DNA from: Alphaproteobacteria bacterium
Lineage (GTDB): Bacteria; Pseudomonadota; Alphaproteobacteria; Bin95
DNA: 64,000 nucleotides
Assembly (NCBI GenBank): GCA_964291285.2
Contig: OZ219786.1
Coordinates: 832,001-896,000, forward strand
Direction of reading: 5' to 3'
A program made the position numbers and the translations under genes. Shown here one piece after another: positions 9,514-21,778 of the stretch. The notes under the pieces are model-generated. The model was not told where the DNA came from. It saw only the letters and a list, made by a program, of their open reading frames with translations, and ran no database searches. Position 1 is the first letter of the stretch. The number at the start of each line of letters is the position of its first letter.

Positions 9514-10632
9514 CTACCGCAGGCGTTCGATCACGAGGTTCTGGAAGCTCCGTATCGAGTCCTCCCAGACCGGCGAGAGGACGCCGCCGCCGGCGGCCAC
9601 ATCGCTGGCGCGCCCCTGCTGGAGCCGCTCGCACATGGCGTGGTCCTCGCGATGCACCTCCCGCCAGAGCGCAGCCAACCGCCCGGCCCGTCCGCCCGAG
9701 CCCGGCGCCGGGTCGTCCAGGCTGTAGATCGCGCGCCTTTGCAGGGTGCGGCCGGGCGCCAGCGGCGTGTCGAGATGCACACCCACCTGGTCCGGCAGGT
9801 AGAGCCCGAACACGAAGTTCGGAAACAGCGTGAGGAAGCGCGAGTCCTCGGACAGCACGTCTTTCCGCCTCGCGTCGCGGGAGACATCGACGGCGCAGCC
9901 GAGGCAGCCGGAGTCGTTCACCGTGTAATGGTCCGCGAGAGGCTGGTCGGTGGTGCGGGAATGCACGAACTGCACATGATAGGGCTCGATGAAATTTTCC
10001 ATCAGCAGCTTCCAGTTCGCGCCGACTTCCCCGAGGTCGATGGTCGCGAGGTGCTGCATCCGCGAGAGGTCGAACCCGTCCAGCCGGCTCCGGAGCGGGG
10101 CGGTGAATTCCTCGAACGGCGGCGCACCGCCGTCCAGGTTCAGGAAAATCCAGTCGTGCCAGACCGCGGAGCGCACCGGGACCAGCCCGTGCTGCGAGCG
10201 GTCGAAGCCGGGCGGCGCGGCGCGCGGCTCGCGCCCGCCGAAATAGGGAGCGGCGCGGAGCCTGCCGTCGAGGCCGTAGGTCCAGGAATGGTACGGGCAG
10301 CGGATCGACCGCCCGACATTGCCCGGCTCGTCCACGAGCTTGAGGCAGCGGTGGCGGCACACATTGTGGAACGCCCTGATCCGGCCGTCCGCGCCGCGCA
10401 CCAGCAGGACGGGCCTGCCGGCGACGGTGACGGGAGCCGTGTCGCCGGGCCGGGCCAGCTCGTGCGCGAAGCCCGCAAACACCCAGGACCGCGAGAAGAT
10501 CCGTTCGTTCTCAAGCGCGAAGAACGCTTCGCTCGTATAGGCCGAGGCAGGCAGCCCGCACGCCACGGGAGCGGGCGCCTCGAACGCGGCGAGCGTCTGC
10601 GCTCCGATGACGCTCTGCAGGGACAATTCCAC
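9514..10632 (-). CDS. Rieske aromatic ring-hydroxylating oxygenase alpha subunit (choline monooxygenase-like)
   Basis: NVCRHR...CPYHSW Rieske ligands; NWKLLMENFIEPYHVQFVH mononuclear Fe site; EDHAMCERLQQG. Confidence 0.9.
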   Translation of the reverse strand: MELSLQSVIGAQTLAAFEAPAPVACGLPASAYTSEAFFALENERIFSRSWVFAGFAHELARPGDTAPVTVAGRPVLLVRGADGRIRAFHNVCRHRCLKLVDEPGNVGRSIRCPYHSWTYGLDGRLRAAPYFGGREPRAAPPGFDRSQHGLVPVRSAVWHDWIFLNLDGGAPPFEEFTAPLRSRLDGFDLSRMQHLATIDLGEVGANWKLLMENFIEPYHVQFVHSRTTDQPLADHYTVNDSGCLGCAVDVSRDARRKDVLSEDSRFLTLFPNFVFGLYLPDQVGVHLDTPLAPGRTLQRRAIYSLDDPAPGSGGRAGRLAALWREVHREDHAMCERLQQGRASDVAAGGGVLSPVWEDSIRSFQNLVIERLR

Positions 10633-10798
10633 GACGGTCCCCCGGGCTGCGTGAGAACGGAGGCGACGATTACCCGGACGGGACGGCGGAATTTGCCCGC
10701 GGCCGACCGAAGAGTTGCCGAATTCCGACGCGGGCGCCGGGGCCTTGGCTTCGGCGATCGCACGGGTATATAAGCGGGGCGAAGGAGCGCAACCCGGA

Positions 10799-11113
10799 AT
10801 GACCGACTACGAAATGGCCTCGCTGGCTCTGCAGGAAGCCTCCCTGGCCTTGCAGGAACTCTCGATCTGGGCGACCGTCGGCGTCGGGTTCCTGCACGCT
10901 GCGCTGATCGGCTGCGGGTTGTGGATGATGCTCCGCGCTTCCTCCGACCGGAACCGCGCGATGGACGAGGACCGCCGGGTCGCCGAGCAGCGCCACGAAG
11001 AAGCGCAACAGCGCCACGAAGAAGCGCAACAGCGCCACGAGGAGGCGATGGCCGCCCTCAAGGCGTTGATCGAGAGGACCGCGCCTCCGCGTCCGGCCCC
11101 GGCCGCCGAATAG
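10799..11113 (+). CDS. Small single-TM protein with heptad tandem repeats
   Basis: AAGGAG RBS; ASLALQE x2, hydrophobic IWATVGVGFLHAALIGCGLWMML, QRHEEA(Q) x3, AMAALKALIERT. Confidence 0.7.
   Translation: MTDYEMASLALQEASLALQELSIWATVGVGFLHAALIGCGLWMMLRASSDRNRAMDEDRRVAEQRHEEAQQRHEEAQQRHEEAMAALKALIERTAPPRPAPAAE
10988..11047 (+). repeat. 21-bp tandem repeat (about 3 copies) encoding QRHEEAQ
   Basis: cagcgccacgaagaagcgcaa at 10988 and 11009, variant at 11030. Confidence 0.95.
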
Positions 11114-11125
11114 CGCAGAACTCGC

Positions 11126-11734
11126 TCAGGCGGAGGTGGGACGCGCCTTCATGCGCTCGAACCAGGCGGTCACGTTCCCGTTCTCGGGCGCGATGTCCTG
11201 GCCGACCGTCTTGCCGAAGGCAAGGAAGCAGTAGAGCAGGATGTCGGCGAGGCTGATGCGGTCGCCGCAGAGGAACTGCCTGCCGTCCATCAGCCCGTCG
11301 AGCCAGGCGATCTTGTCCTGCGCGATGGCCTTCAGGCCGTCGGACGCCTCCGGCAGGCAGCGCATCCGGCTCTGGAACATTCTCAGTCCTTCGCCGTAGC
11401 GGAAGCCGCTGGTGAGCGGCTCGCAGATATTGAGATCGACCCGGCGGGTCCACATGCGGGTCTCGGCGCGTTCCTCCGGCGTCGAGCCGATCAGCGGCGA
11501 GCCGCCCTGCCGGTCCGCCAGATATTCGCAGATCGCGGTGATCTCGGCGATATGGCTGCCGTCGTCGAGCTCCAGGCAGGGGCTCTGGCCGGACGGGTTC
11601 TTCGAGAGATACTCGTCTTCCCGGTTGACGCCCTTGAGGATATCGACCTTCTCCTCGGGCACCTCGATGCCGGCCTCGGCCATGAACATGCGCACGACAT
11701 GCGGGTTCGGCCCGATGGATGTGTAGAGCTTCAT
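11126..11734 (-). CDS. Glutathione S-transferase family protein
   Basis: MKLYTSIGPNPHVVRMF, KNPSGQSPCLELDDG, EITAICEYL, SLADILL. Confidence 0.92.
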   Translation of the reverse strand: MKLYTSIGPNPHVVRMFMAEAGIEVPEEKVDILKGVNREDEYLSKNPSGQSPCLELDDGSHIAEITAICEYLADRQGGSPLIGSTPEERAETRMWTRRVDLNICEPLTSGFRYGEGLRMFQSRMRCLPEASDGLKAIAQDKIAWLDGLMDGRQFLCGDRISLADILLYCFLAFGKTVGQDIAPENGNVTAWFERMKARPTSA

Positions 11735-11769
11735 GGGAGAGCGTCCTTCCTTGCCAGGGTTTGCGTCGT

Positions 11770-13179
11770 TCAGACGTGGATCGGGCGGCCGTCCACGGCG
11801 AGCGCCGCTTCCTTGACCGCCTCGTTGAGGGTCGGGTGGGCGTGGCAGGTCCGCGCGATGTCCTCGGCCGAGGCGCCGAACTCCATCGCCAGCGCCGCCT
11901 CGGCGATCATCGTGCCCGCATCCGCGCCCAGGATATGCACGCCGAGCACCCGGTCCGTGCGCCTGTCGGCCAGGATCTTGACGAAACCCTCGGTCTCGCC
12001 GCTGCAGCGGGCGCGGCTGTTGGCCTGGAACGGGAAGCGCCCGACGGCGTAGTCGATGCCCGCCTCCTTCAGCGCTTCCTCCGTCCGGCCCACGGCCGCC
12101 GCCTCCGGCCATGTATAGACCACGCCCGGAATCGCGTCATAGTCGATATGGCCGGACTGGCCGGCGATGATCTCGGCGCAGACCACGCCCTCGTCCTCGG
12201 CCTTGTGCGCCAGCATCGGCCCGCGCACCACGTCGCCGATGGCATAGACGCCGGCCGCGCTCGTGCGGAAATGTTCGTCGATCCCGATCCGGCCCTGGGC
12301 GTCCGTCTCGATGCCGACGCTCTCGAGCCCGAGGCCCTCCGTATAGGGCCGCCGCCCGACCGCGACCAGCACGGCGTCCGCCTCGACCGCCGCAGCCTCG
12401 CCCGAGGCCATGTTCTCGACCGAAAGCGCCACACCCTTCCTGCCGGTCTTCGCGCCGGTCACCTTGTGGCCGAGCATGAAGGCGAAGCCCTTCTTCTTCA
12501 GGATGCGGTGCATCCCCTTGGCCACGTCGCCGTCCATGCCCGGAAGGATGCGGTCGAGGAACTCGACCACCGTCACCTTCGCGCCGAGCCGGCTCCAGAC
12601 GAGGGCCATCTCCAGCCCGATATAGCCGGCGCCGATGACGGCGAGGCGCTCCGGTACGGCTTCGAGCGCGAGCGCGCCGGTGGAGGAGAGGATGCGCTTC
12701 TCGTCGATCCCGATGCCCGGCAGGCCCGCCGGCTCGGACCCGGTGGCGATGACGATATTGCGGGCCTCCAGCACGCGGGGCTCCCCGTCTTCGGGAGCAA
12801 TCTCGACGCGGCCCGGCCCGGCGATGCGGCCGGTGCCCGCGACATGCTCCACCTTGTGCTTGCGGAACAGGAAGCCGATGCCTTTCGTAAGGTCGCGCAC
12901 CACCCTGTCCTTGCCGGCCATCATCGCCGCCAGATCGACCTCGACGCCGCCGGGGGCGAGGATGCCGCGCTTCGCGAAGCCGTCGCGCGCCTGCTCGAAC
13001 AGGTGCGTGCTGTGCAGCAGTTCCTTCGAGGGAATGCAGCCGACATTCAGGCAGGTGCCGCCGAGCGCCGCCCGCTTCTCGACGCAGGCGGTGCGCATGC
13101 CGAGCTGCGCCGCCCGGATCGCCGCCACATAGCCGCCCGGCCCGCCGCCGATGACGACGGTATCGAAGCTGTCGGTCAT
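11770..13179 (-). CDS. lpdA: Dihydrolipoyl dehydrogenase
   Basis: GGGPGGY, GGTCLNVGCIPSK, HAHPTLNE. Confidence 0.97.
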   Translation of the reverse strand: MTDSFDTVVIGGGPGGYVAAIRAAQLGMRTACVEKRAALGGTCLNVGCIPSKELLHSTHLFEQARDGFAKRGILAPGGVEVDLAAMMAGKDRVVRDLTKGIGFLFRKHKVEHVAGTGRIAGPGRVEIAPEDGEPRVLEARNIVIATGSEPAGLPGIGIDEKRILSSTGALALEAVPERLAVIGAGYIGLEMALVWSRLGAKVTVVEFLDRILPGMDGDVAKGMHRILKKKGFAFMLGHKVTGAKTGRKGVALSVENMASGEAAAVEADAVLVAVGRRPYTEGLGLESVGIETDAQGRIGIDEHFRTSAAGVYAIGDVVRGPMLAHKAEDEGVVCAEIIAGQSGHIDYDAIPGVVYTWPEAAAVGRTEEALKEAGIDYAVGRFPFQANSRARCSGETEGFVKILADRRTDRVLGVHILGADAGTMIAEAALAMEFGASAEDIARTCHAHPTLNEAVKEAALAVDGRPIHV

Positions 13180-13194
13180 GGAGTTCCCCGTTCC

Positions 13195-14391
13195 TCAGAC
13201 GTCGAGCAGCAGGCGCTCGGGATTCTCGATCGCTTCCTTGACGCGCACCAGGAAGGTGACGGACTCGGACCCGTCGATGATCCGGTGGTCGTAGGAGAGC
13301 GCCAGATACATCATCGGCCTGATCTCGACCTTGCCGTCCACCGCGACCGGGCGGTCCTCGATCTTGTGCATGCCGAGAATGCCGGACTGCGGCGGGTTGA
13401 GGATCGGCGCCGACATCAGCGAGCCGTAAACCCCGCCGTTCGAGATCGTGAAGGTGCCGCCGGTGAGGTCGTCCATGGAGAGCTTGCCGTCCCGCGCCCG
13501 CGCGCCGAGATCGGCGATGCTGCGCTCGACCTCGGCGAATCTCATGGCGTCGGCGTCCTTCAGCACCGGCACCACCAGGCCCTGCGCCGTGCCGACGGCC
13601 ACGCCGATGTCGTAGTGGTTCTTGTAGATGACGTCGCCGCCGTCGATCTCGGCATTGACCGCGGGAATTTCCTTGAGCGCGCCGATGCAGGCCTTGACGA
13701 AGAAGGACATGAAGCCGAGCCGCACGCCGTGGCGCGTCTCGAACGCCTCGCGGTAGCGCCGGCGGAGCGCCACCACGCCGCTCATGTCCGCCTCGTTGAA
13801 GGTGGTGAGCATGGCGGCGGTGTTCTGCGCGTCCTTCAGCCGCTCGGCGATGCGCCGGCGCAGGCGCGACATCCGCACCCGCTCCTCGCGCGGATGGTCC
13901 GGGCGCGGCGGTCTCGGGGCTGCAGGCGGCGGAGGTGAAGCGGCAGGGGCCGGCGCGGCGGCGGCCTCGAGATGGGCAAGCACGTCGGCCTTGGTGATCC
14001 GGCCGTCCTTGCCGGTGCCGGCGACGACCTCGGGCGCAAGGGCGTTGTCCGCCAGCAGCTTGCGCGCCGCCGGCGAGAGCGGCGGGGCGTCGGCGGGAGC
14101 AGCCGGGGCCGGCTCCCTGGCCTTCGGCGCGGGAGCGGCCTTCGCAGGCGCGGCGCCTGCCGCCATCCGGCCCAGCACGGCGCCGACCTCCACTTCCTCG
14201 CCCTCGCCCGCGAGAATCTCTTCCAGCACGCCGCTGCGGGGCGCCGGCACCTCGACCGTGACCTTGTCGGTTTCGAGTTCGACCAGCGGCTCGTCCGCCT
14301 CCACCGCGTCGCCCGGCGCCTTCATCCAGCGGGCGACGGTCGCCTCGCTGATGCTCTCGCCGAGCTGCGGCACCTGGATCTCGATCGCCAT
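13195..14391 (-). CDS. sucB: 2-oxoglutarate dehydrogenase E2 (dihydrolipoamide succinyltransferase)
   Basis: Lipoyl [27 protein letters not shown]. Confidence 0.97.
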   Translation of the reverse strand: MAIEIQVPQLGESISEATVARWMKAPGDAVEADEPLVELETDKVTVEVPAPRSGVLEEILAGEGEEVEVGAVLGRMAAGAAPAKAAPAPKAREPAPAAPADAPPLSPAARKLLADNALAPEVVAGTGKDGRITKADVLAHLEAAAAPAPAASPPPPAAPRPPRPDHPREERVRMSRLRRRIAERLKDAQNTAAMLTTFNEADMSGVVALRRRYREAFETRHGVRLGFMSFFVKACIGALKEIPAVNAEIDGGDVIYKNHYDIGVAVGTAQGLVVPVLKDADAMRFAEVERSIADLGARARDGKLSMDDLTGGTFTISNGGVYGSLMSAPILNPPQSGILGMHKIEDRPVAVDGKVEIRPMMYLALSYDHRIIDGSESVTFLVRVKEAIENPERLLLDV

Positions 14392-14410
14392 CGCCTGGTC
14401 TCTCCTCCGG

Positions 14411-17263
14411 TCAGCCCGCGCCAAGCGCTTCGGCGACCAGCGCCCTCTGCTCGAAATTATGCCGTGTCAGCAGCCCGGTCGCCGGCGACGCCGCTGCCGG
14501 CCTGCCGACGTAACGGGGCCGGCGCGCGCTCGCGCCCATATCCTCCAGCACCGCCTCGATGCGCCGGTCCACGAAGGTCCAGGCCCCCATGTTCTCCGGC
14601 TCTTCCTGGCACCAGACGATCTCGGCCTTCGGGTAGCGGGCGAGTTCCTCGGCGAGCGTGCCCTCGGGGAAGGGGTAAAGCTGCTCGACGCGCAGCAGCG
14701 CCACATCGCGGACACCCTCCTGCCGACGCTGCTGCAGCAGGTCGTAATAGACCTTGCCGGAGCAGAGCACGACACGGCGGACCGCCTCGCCTTCGGCGAT
14801 CTCGTCGACTTCCGGATTGACCCGGTGGAAGGAGGAGCCGTCGGCAAGCTCGTCGAGCCCTGACACGCAGAGCCTGTGCCGCAGGAGCGATTTCGGCGTC
14901 ATCACGATCAGCGGCTTGCGGAACTCCCGCCTCACCTGCCGGCGCAGCGCGTGGAAGTAGTTGGCCGGCGTGGTCGGGTAGATCACCTGCATGTTGTCTT
15001 CCGCGCAAAGCTGGAGATAGCGCTCCAGCCGCGCCGAGGAGTGCTCCGGCCCCTGGCCCTCGTAGCCGTGCGGCAACAGCATGACCAACCCGGACATGCG
15101 CAGCCATTTCGACTCGCCCGAGGAGATGAACTGGTCCATCACCACCTGCGCGCCGTTGGCGAAATCGCCGAATTGCGCCTCCCACATCACCAGCGCATGC
15201 GGCTCGCTCTGCGAATAGCCGTATTCGAAGCCGAGCACCGAGGCCTCGGCCAGCGGGCTGTCGATGATCTCGACCCGGCCCTGTTCGGGTCCGATATGCT
15301 GGAGCGGCGTGTATTTGCTCTCGTCCACCTGGTCGCGCAGCACGGCATGGCGCTGCGAGAAGGTGCCGCGTCCGCAGTCCTGCCCGGAGAGGCGCACCGG
15401 AATCCCTTCCTCGGCGAGCGTGCCGAAGGCCAGCGCTTCCGCCGTCGCCCAGTCGAGCCCTTCGCCGGTCTCGAAGACTTTCGCCCTCTGCCGGAACTGG
15501 CGCGCGATCTTGGGGTTGAGGTTGAAGCCCTCCGGCACTGTCGTCAGGCGGCTGCCGACCGCTTGCAACCGGTCGAGGGGCACCGCGGTCGAACCGCGCC
15601 GGTCCCCTTCGCTCGCCACCTCGATGCCGCTCCACGCCCCTTCCAGCCAGTCCGCCTTGTTGGGCTTGTAGCTGCTCGCGGCCTCGAAATCGCGGTCCAG
15701 CTTGGCGCGGAAGTCCTCGACGATGCCGTCCGCCTCGTCGGGTCCGATAAGGCCCTCCGCGGCCAGACGGCCGGCGTAGATCGCCCTGGTGGTCGCATGC
15801 CTGTCGATGGCGTCATACATGATCGGCTGGGTGAAGGCCGGCTCGTCCGCCTCGTTGTGCCCCTGGCGGCGATAGCAATACATGTCGATGACGACATCGC
15901 GCTTGAAGCGGAAGCGGAACTCGGTGGCGATCCGCGCCACATGCACCACCGCCTCGGGATCGTCGCCGTTCACATGGAAGACGGGCGCCTGGACGATCTG
16001 CGCCATGCCGGAGCAATAGGGGCTGGAGCGCGAGTCCGTCGGCGAGGTGGTGAAGCCGATCTGGTTGTTGATGACGACGTGGATGGTGCCGCCGACCTTG
16101 TAGCCCTTGAGCTCGGAGAGCTCGAAGGTCTCCGCGACGAGGCCCTGCCCGATGAACGCGGCGTCGCCATGCAGCAGGATCGGCATGACCTTGTCGCGCT
16201 CATCGTCGCCGCGCTGCTCCTGCTTGGCCCGCGCGCGCCCGATGACGACCGGGTTGACGACCTCCAGATGGCTGGGATTGGGGCAAAGCGAGAGATGGAT
16301 GACATTGCCGTCGAACTCGCGGTCCGACGATGTGCCGAGATGGTATTTCACATCGCCCGAGCCCTGCACGTCCTCGGGGTTCGCAGGCTGGCCCTGGAAC
16401 TCGGAGAAGATCGCCTGGAAGGGCTTGCCCATGAAGTTGGCGAGCACGTTCAGCCGCCCCCGGTGGGCCATGCCGATCACCGCTTCCTCCAGCCCCATCT
16501 CGCCGCCGCGCTTGATGATCTGCTCCAGCGCCGGGATCAGCGCCTCGCCGCCCTCCAGCCCGAAGCGCTTGGTGCCGATATATTTGCGGTCGAGGAAATG
16601 CTCGAAGACCTCCGCCTCCGTCAGCCGCTCCAGAATGGCCCGGCGGCCGCGCTCGGTGAACTGGGTGCGGTTCAGCGGCTGCTCGATACGCCTCTGGATC
16701 CAGGCCTTCTGGTCCGGATCCTGGATATGCATGAATTCAACGCCGATGCTCGAACTGTATATGTCATGCAGCGCCGCCTCGATCTCGCGCATGCTGGCGT
16801 GTTCGCGGCCGAGCACGCCGTCGATGAAGATCGGGCGGTCCCAGTCGTCCTCGCCGAAACCGTAGGTTGCGGGGTCGAGTTCGGGGTGGTGTTCCGGTTC
16901 GTGCAGGCCGAGCGGATCGAGCCTCGCATAGAGATGGCCGCGCACCCGGTAGGCGCGGATGAGCATCAGGGCGCGGATCGAATCATGCGTCGCCTGCCGC
17001 CCGCCCTCGCCGGGTTCCGCAACGGCTCCGTTGCCCGTGCGCGCCGCGTCGTGGCCGTTGCCGATCACCTGCGGGCGCATCCGGCCCCAGGCGGCCGGCG
17101 CGGGGGCCCGGTCCGCGCGCCCGTTCGATTTCAGCTCGGCGAAGAAGCCCGCCCAGCTTTCGTCTACCGAACCCGGGTCGCGCAGATATTGCTCGTAGAG
17201 TTCCGCAATGAAGACGGCATTGCCGCCATGCAGGAAATCATCCGCCTCGGAAGATACCGCCAT
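14411..17263 (-). CDS. sucA: 2-oxoglutarate dehydrogenase E1
   Basis: [49 protein letters not shown]. Confidence 0.98.
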   Translation of the reverse strand: MAVSSEADDFLHGGNAVFIAELYEQYLRDPGSVDESWAGFFAELKSNGRADRAPAPAAWGRMRPQVIGNGHDAARTGNGAVAEPGEGGRQATHDSIRALMLIRAYRVRGHLYARLDPLGLHEPEHHPELDPATYGFGEDDWDRPIFIDGVLGREHASMREIEAALHDIYSSSIGVEFMHIQDPDQKAWIQRRIEQPLNRTQFTERGRRAILERLTEAEVFEHFLDRKYIGTKRFGLEGGEALIPALEQIIKRGGEMGLEEAVIGMAHRGRLNVLANFMGKPFQAIFSEFQGQPANPEDVQGSGDVKYHLGTSSDREFDGNVIHLSLCPNPSHLEVVNPVVIGRARAKQEQRGDDERDKVMPILLHGDAAFIGQGLVAETFELSELKGYKVGGTIHVVINNQIGFTTSPTDSRSSPYCSGMAQIVQAPVFHVNGDDPEAVVHVARIATEFRFRFKRDVVIDMYCYRRQGHNEADEPAFTQPIMYDAIDRHATTRAIYAGRLAAEGLIGPDEADGIVEDFRAKLDRDFEAASSYKPNKADWLEGAWSGIEVASEGDRRGSTAVPLDRLQAVGSRLTTVPEGFNLNPKIARQFRQRAKVFETGEGLDWATAEALAFGTLAEEGIPVRLSGQDCGRGTFSQRHAVLRDQVDESKYTPLQHIGPEQGRVEIIDSPLAEASVLGFEYGYSQSEPHALVMWEAQFGDFANGAQVVMDQFISSGESKWLRMSGLVMLLPHGYEGQGPEHSSARLERYLQLCAEDNMQVIYPTTPANYFHALRRQVRREFRKPLIVMTPKSLLRHRLCVSGLDELADGSSFHRVNPEVDEIAEGEAVRRVVLCSGKVYYDLLQQRRQEGVRDVALLRVEQLYPFPEGTLAEELARYPKAEIVWCQEEPENMGAWTFVDRRIEAVLEDMGASARRPRYVGRPAAASPATGLLTRHNFEQRALVAEALGAG

Positions 17264-17299
17264 TGCCAGTTACCTCCTTCCCGCTTCCTCGCCGGCGCG

Positions 17300-18175
17300 T
17301 CAGCGGCCAAGGGCCTCGAGCATGGTCTCGCCAAGCGCAGCCGGCGAGCGGCTTACCAGAATTCCGGCGTCGGTAAAGGCTTCGATCTTGTTCTCCGCCG
17401 TGCCCTTGCCGCCGGACACGATGGCCCCGGCATGGCCCATGCGCTTGCCGGGCGGCGCCGACGCCCCGGCAATGAAGCCCACGGCCGGCTTGCGCTCCGG
17501 CAGGGAGGCGTAGAACGCGGCCGCGTCTTCCTCCGCGCTGCCGCCGATCTCGCCGATGATGACGACGCCTTCCGTTTCCGGGTCGTCATGGAAGAGCCTC
17601 AGGCAATCGATGAAGTCGGTGCCGTTCACCGGGTCGCCGCCGATGCCGATGCAGGTGGACTGGCCGAGCCCGGCGGCGGTGGTCTGCGCGACGGCCTCGT
17701 AGGTCAGGGTGCCGGAGCGCGAGACAATGCCGATGCGCCCGCGCCGGTGGATATGGCCCGGCATGATGCCGATCTTGCATGCATCGGGCGTGATGGCGCC
17801 CGGGCAATTGGGCCCGATCAGCCGCGAGCCGGACCCCGCAAGGGCCCGCTTGACGCGTACCATGTCGAGCACTGGCACACCTTCGGTGATGCAGACGATG
17901 AGCGGAATCTCCGCGGCCGCCGCCTCCAGCATCGCGTCGGCCGCGAAGGGCGGCGGCACATAGATCACCGTCGCATCGGCCCCGGTTCCGGCCTTCGCTT
18001 CGGCCACGGTATCGAACACCGGCAGCCCGAGATGGCGGCGCCCGCCCTTGCCCGGCGCGACCCCGCCGACCATCCGCGTCCCGTAGTCGATGGCCTGCTG
18101 CGAATGGAAGGTGCCCTGCCTGCCCGTGATCCCCTGGCAGATCACCCGGGTGTTCTCGTCGATCATCACCGCCAT
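17300..18175 (-). CDS. sucD: Succinyl-CoA synthetase alpha subunit
   Basis: [30 protein letters not shown]. Confidence 0.98.
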   Translation of the reverse strand: MAVMIDENTRVICQGITGRQGTFHSQQAIDYGTRMVGGVAPGKGGRRHLGLPVFDTVAEAKAGTGADATVIYVPPPFAADAMLEAAAAEIPLIVCITEGVPVLDMVRVKRALAGSGSRLIGPNCPGAITPDACKIGIMPGHIHRRGRIGIVSRSGTLTYEAVAQTTAAGLGQSTCIGIGGDPVNGTDFIDCLRLFHDDPETEGVVIIGEIGGSAEEDAAAFYASLPERKPAVGFIAGASAPPGKRMGHAGAIVSGGKGTAENKIEAFTDAGILVSRSPAALGETMLEALGR

Positions 18176-18179
18176 GGCC

Positions 18180-19346
18180 TCAGCCCTCCCCGACCGCGGC
18201 GACGACCTTGGCCGCCGCCTCGCCGAGGTCGTCCGCGGCGGTTATGGGTAGCCCGGACCGCGCGAGGATACGCTTGCCCTGCTCCACATTCGTCCCCTCG
18301 AGGCGCACCACCAGAGGCACGTCGAGGCTGACTTCATGCGCGGCTTCGACGACGCCGTCCGCGATCACGTCGCACTGCATGATGCCGCCGAAGATATTGA
18401 CGAGGATCGCCTCTACATTGGGGTCGGACAGGATGATCTTGAAGGCGCTGATGACGCGCTCCTTGTCCGCGCCGCCGCCGACATCGAGGAAGTTGGCGGG
18501 TTCCGCCCCCTGCAGCTTGATGATGTCCATCGTCGCCATGGCGAGTCCGGCGCCGTTCACCATGCAGCCGATATTGCCGTCGAGCTTGACGTAGCTGAAG
18601 CCGAGCGCCTCCGCCTGCCGCTCCACCGGCGTTTCCTCGTCCTCGTCGCGCAACTCGTCCACGCCGGGCTGGCGGAAGAGCGCATTGTCGTCGAAGCTCA
18701 TCTTCGCATCGAGGGCAAGCAGCGCACCGCTCCCGGTCACCACGAGCGGATTGATCTCGATGAGCCCGGCGTCGAGCTCGGTGAACGCCCTGTAGAGATT
18801 GGCGAGCAGCGCCGCCGCTCCGCGGACCTCCGCAGCCCCGAGCCCGAAGGCGGATGCAAGGCGGCGGCCGTGATGCGCCTGCACGCCGGTCGCCGGGTCG
18901 ATCGAAAAGGTGACAATCTTCTCCGGCGTCGCCTCGGCCACCTCCTCGATATTCATGCCGCCCTCTGTGGACGCAACGACGGTAACGCGCCCGACCGTCC
19001 GGTCCACGAGCATGGAGAGGTAAAGTTCGCGGCCGATGTCGCAGCCTTCCTCCACGTAGATGCGCTTGACCGTCTGCCCGTCCGGCCCGGTCTGGTGTGT
19101 CACCAGCGTGGTGCCCAGCAGGCCGGCCGCCGCCTCGCGCACTTCCGCGACCGAGCGCACCACCTTGACGCCGCCGGCCTTGCCGCGCCCGCCGGCGTGG
19201 ATCTGAGCCTTGACGACCCAGACCGGCCCGCCAAGCTTCTCCGCACCCTCGACGGCCTCATCCACCGTGTAGGCCACATGGCCGCGCGGCACCGGCACCT
19301 CGAAGCGCGCCAGCACACCCTTCGCCTGGTATTCGTGAATATTCAT
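18180..19346 (-). CDS. sucC: Succinyl-CoA synthetase beta subunit
   Basis: [43 protein letters not shown]. Confidence 0.98.
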   Translation of the reverse strand: MNIHEYQAKGVLARFEVPVPRGHVAYTVDEAVEGAEKLGGPVWVVKAQIHAGGRGKAGGVKVVRSVAEVREAAAGLLGTTLVTHQTGPDGQTVKRIYVEEGCDIGRELYLSMLVDRTVGRVTVVASTEGGMNIEEVAEATPEKIVTFSIDPATGVQAHHGRRLASAFGLGAAEVRGAAALLANLYRAFTELDAGLIEINPLVVTGSGALLALDAKMSFDDNALFRQPGVDELRDEDEETPVERQAEALGFSYVKLDGNIGCMVNGAGLAMATMDIIKLQGAEPANFLDVGGGADKERVISAFKIILSDPNVEAILVNIFGGIMQCDVIADGVVEAAHEVSLDVPLVVRLEGTNVEQGKRILARSGLPITAADDLGEAAAKVVAAVGEG

Positions 19347-19461
19347 CCGACGCTGCGCCGCGTGCGCGCCAATGCCATGCGACCCGCTCCGTCTTCTCTC
19401 TCTTGCCGCCGGGGCGGCGAGGCGATTGCCCGGATCGGGGAAACCGGCCCCATCGTTCGCG

Positions 19462-20469
<1,008 letters not shown>

Positions 20470-21738
20470 CTAATGGCTTTCATCCTCTGCGACAAGCGGT
20501 TCGCCAGCGGCGGCATCGCCCGACCAGGGGTCCATTTCATAGGCCGCAGGCGAGGTACGCGGCAACACGATGAAGGCGCCCTTCTCGGCCTCGTCCGCGT
20601 CCGCCCGCCGGGTCCGCCGATAGAGGGCGAACGTGCCGAGCCCCGCCGCCGCGCAGGCCACGCTGTCGAACAGCGCGCCCGGTCCGACGAGGTCCATGGC
20701 GAGCGCGGCGACCGGCGGCCCGACCACCGCGCCCGCACCGAATGCGATGAGCAGTCCCGCCGACGCCGGCACGCAGTCCTCCGGCGGAAGACGGTCGTTG
20801 GTGTGTGCGGCAGCCAGCGGATAGACCGCGAAGATCAGGCCGCCGAATACCGCGCCGAAGACCATCAGCAACTCCAGCGAGCCGTCGCCGAACACCCGGA
20901 AGACGAGGGCTGCGGCGAGCGAGGCGAAGCAGACGCCCGCCATCACCAGGCGGCGCTCGATGCGGTCCGAAAGCCTGCCGATCGGGAACGAGAGCATGAA
21001 CCCGCCGCCGATCAGCGCGAGCCAGAGCGCCGCCGCGCCGGATACGCCATGCCCGGCTGAGACCGCATAGACGGGCGTCAGCCCGTGCAGCGGTCCGATC
21101 ATGGCGCCCGCCAGCACTGCCGCCGCTATCCCGAGCGGAGAGATGCGCAGCAGGTCGCGGAAACGAAGCCGCGACGGCTGCGCCACTCCAGGCTGGGCCC
21201 TGTTGGAGAGCGACATCGGCAGCAGCGACAGCCCCAGCAATATCGATGCGATGCTGAAGAGCGCAAACCCGTCCGGGCTTGCGACCGTCATCAGCAGCGG
21301 GCCGGTGCCGAGCGCCGCGTAAACCGCCATCATGTAGGCGGATAGCGCAGAGCCCCGCCGGGCATTGCCGGACACGTGGTTGAGCCAGCTTTCCATCGCC
21401 AGCAGGACACCCGCCATCGCAAAGCCGTTTGCGAAGCGCACCGCCGACCAGACGAAGGGCCCGCCCACGAGCGCATAGATCAGTGCCGCCGCGGAAAGCA
21501 CGGTTGCGAAGCTCGCGAAGGCGCGAATATGGCCGACGCGGTCGATCACCCGGCCGGAAAGGGCGGATCCGCCAAGTTGGCCCGCGAAATAGGCCGTCGT
21601 CACCAGCCCTGCCACCGACGCGGCGAAGCCGGCGCTCTCCAGCCTCACGCCGATCAGGGCGGTGAGCAGTCCATTGCCGAGCTGGATGAGCGCCGCCGCT
21701 GCCAGGATCGGCAGGATAGGCCCCAGATAAGCGGGCAT
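20470..21738 (-). CDS. MFS transporter (YcaD-like)
   Basis: About 12 hydrophobic segments; IDRVGHIRAF, ESWLN, GRLSDRIERR, YPLAAAHTND. Confidence 0.9.
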   Translation of the reverse strand: MPAYLGPILPILAAAALIQLGNGLLTALIGVRLESAGFAASVAGLVTTAYFAGQLGGSALSGRVIDRVGHIRAFASFATVLSAAALIYALVGGPFVWSAVRFANGFAMAGVLLAMESWLNHVSGNARRGSALSAYMMAVYAALGTGPLLMTVASPDGFALFSIASILLGLSLLPMSLSNRAQPGVAQPSRLRFRDLLRISPLGIAAAVLAGAMIGPLHGLTPVYAVSAGHGVSGAAALWLALIGGGFMLSFPIGRLSDRIERRLVMAGVCFASLAAALVFRVFGDGSLELLMVFGAVFGGLIFAVYPLAAAHTNDRLPPEDCVPASAGLLIAFGAGAVVGPPVAALAMDLVGPGALFDSVACAAAGLGTFALYRRTRRADADEAEKGAFIVLPRTSPAAYEMDPWSGDAAAGEPLVAEDESH

Positions 21739-21778
21739 GAGGGCACCTCGCGGGGAGGATGGCGGCAGGGCGCGCGGT

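Noticed and set aside
14876-18331. 1151-aa plus-strand ORF
   Set aside because: Antisense shadow of sucA/sucD; long stop-free opposite frames are expected at this GC content and it has no recognisable motifs
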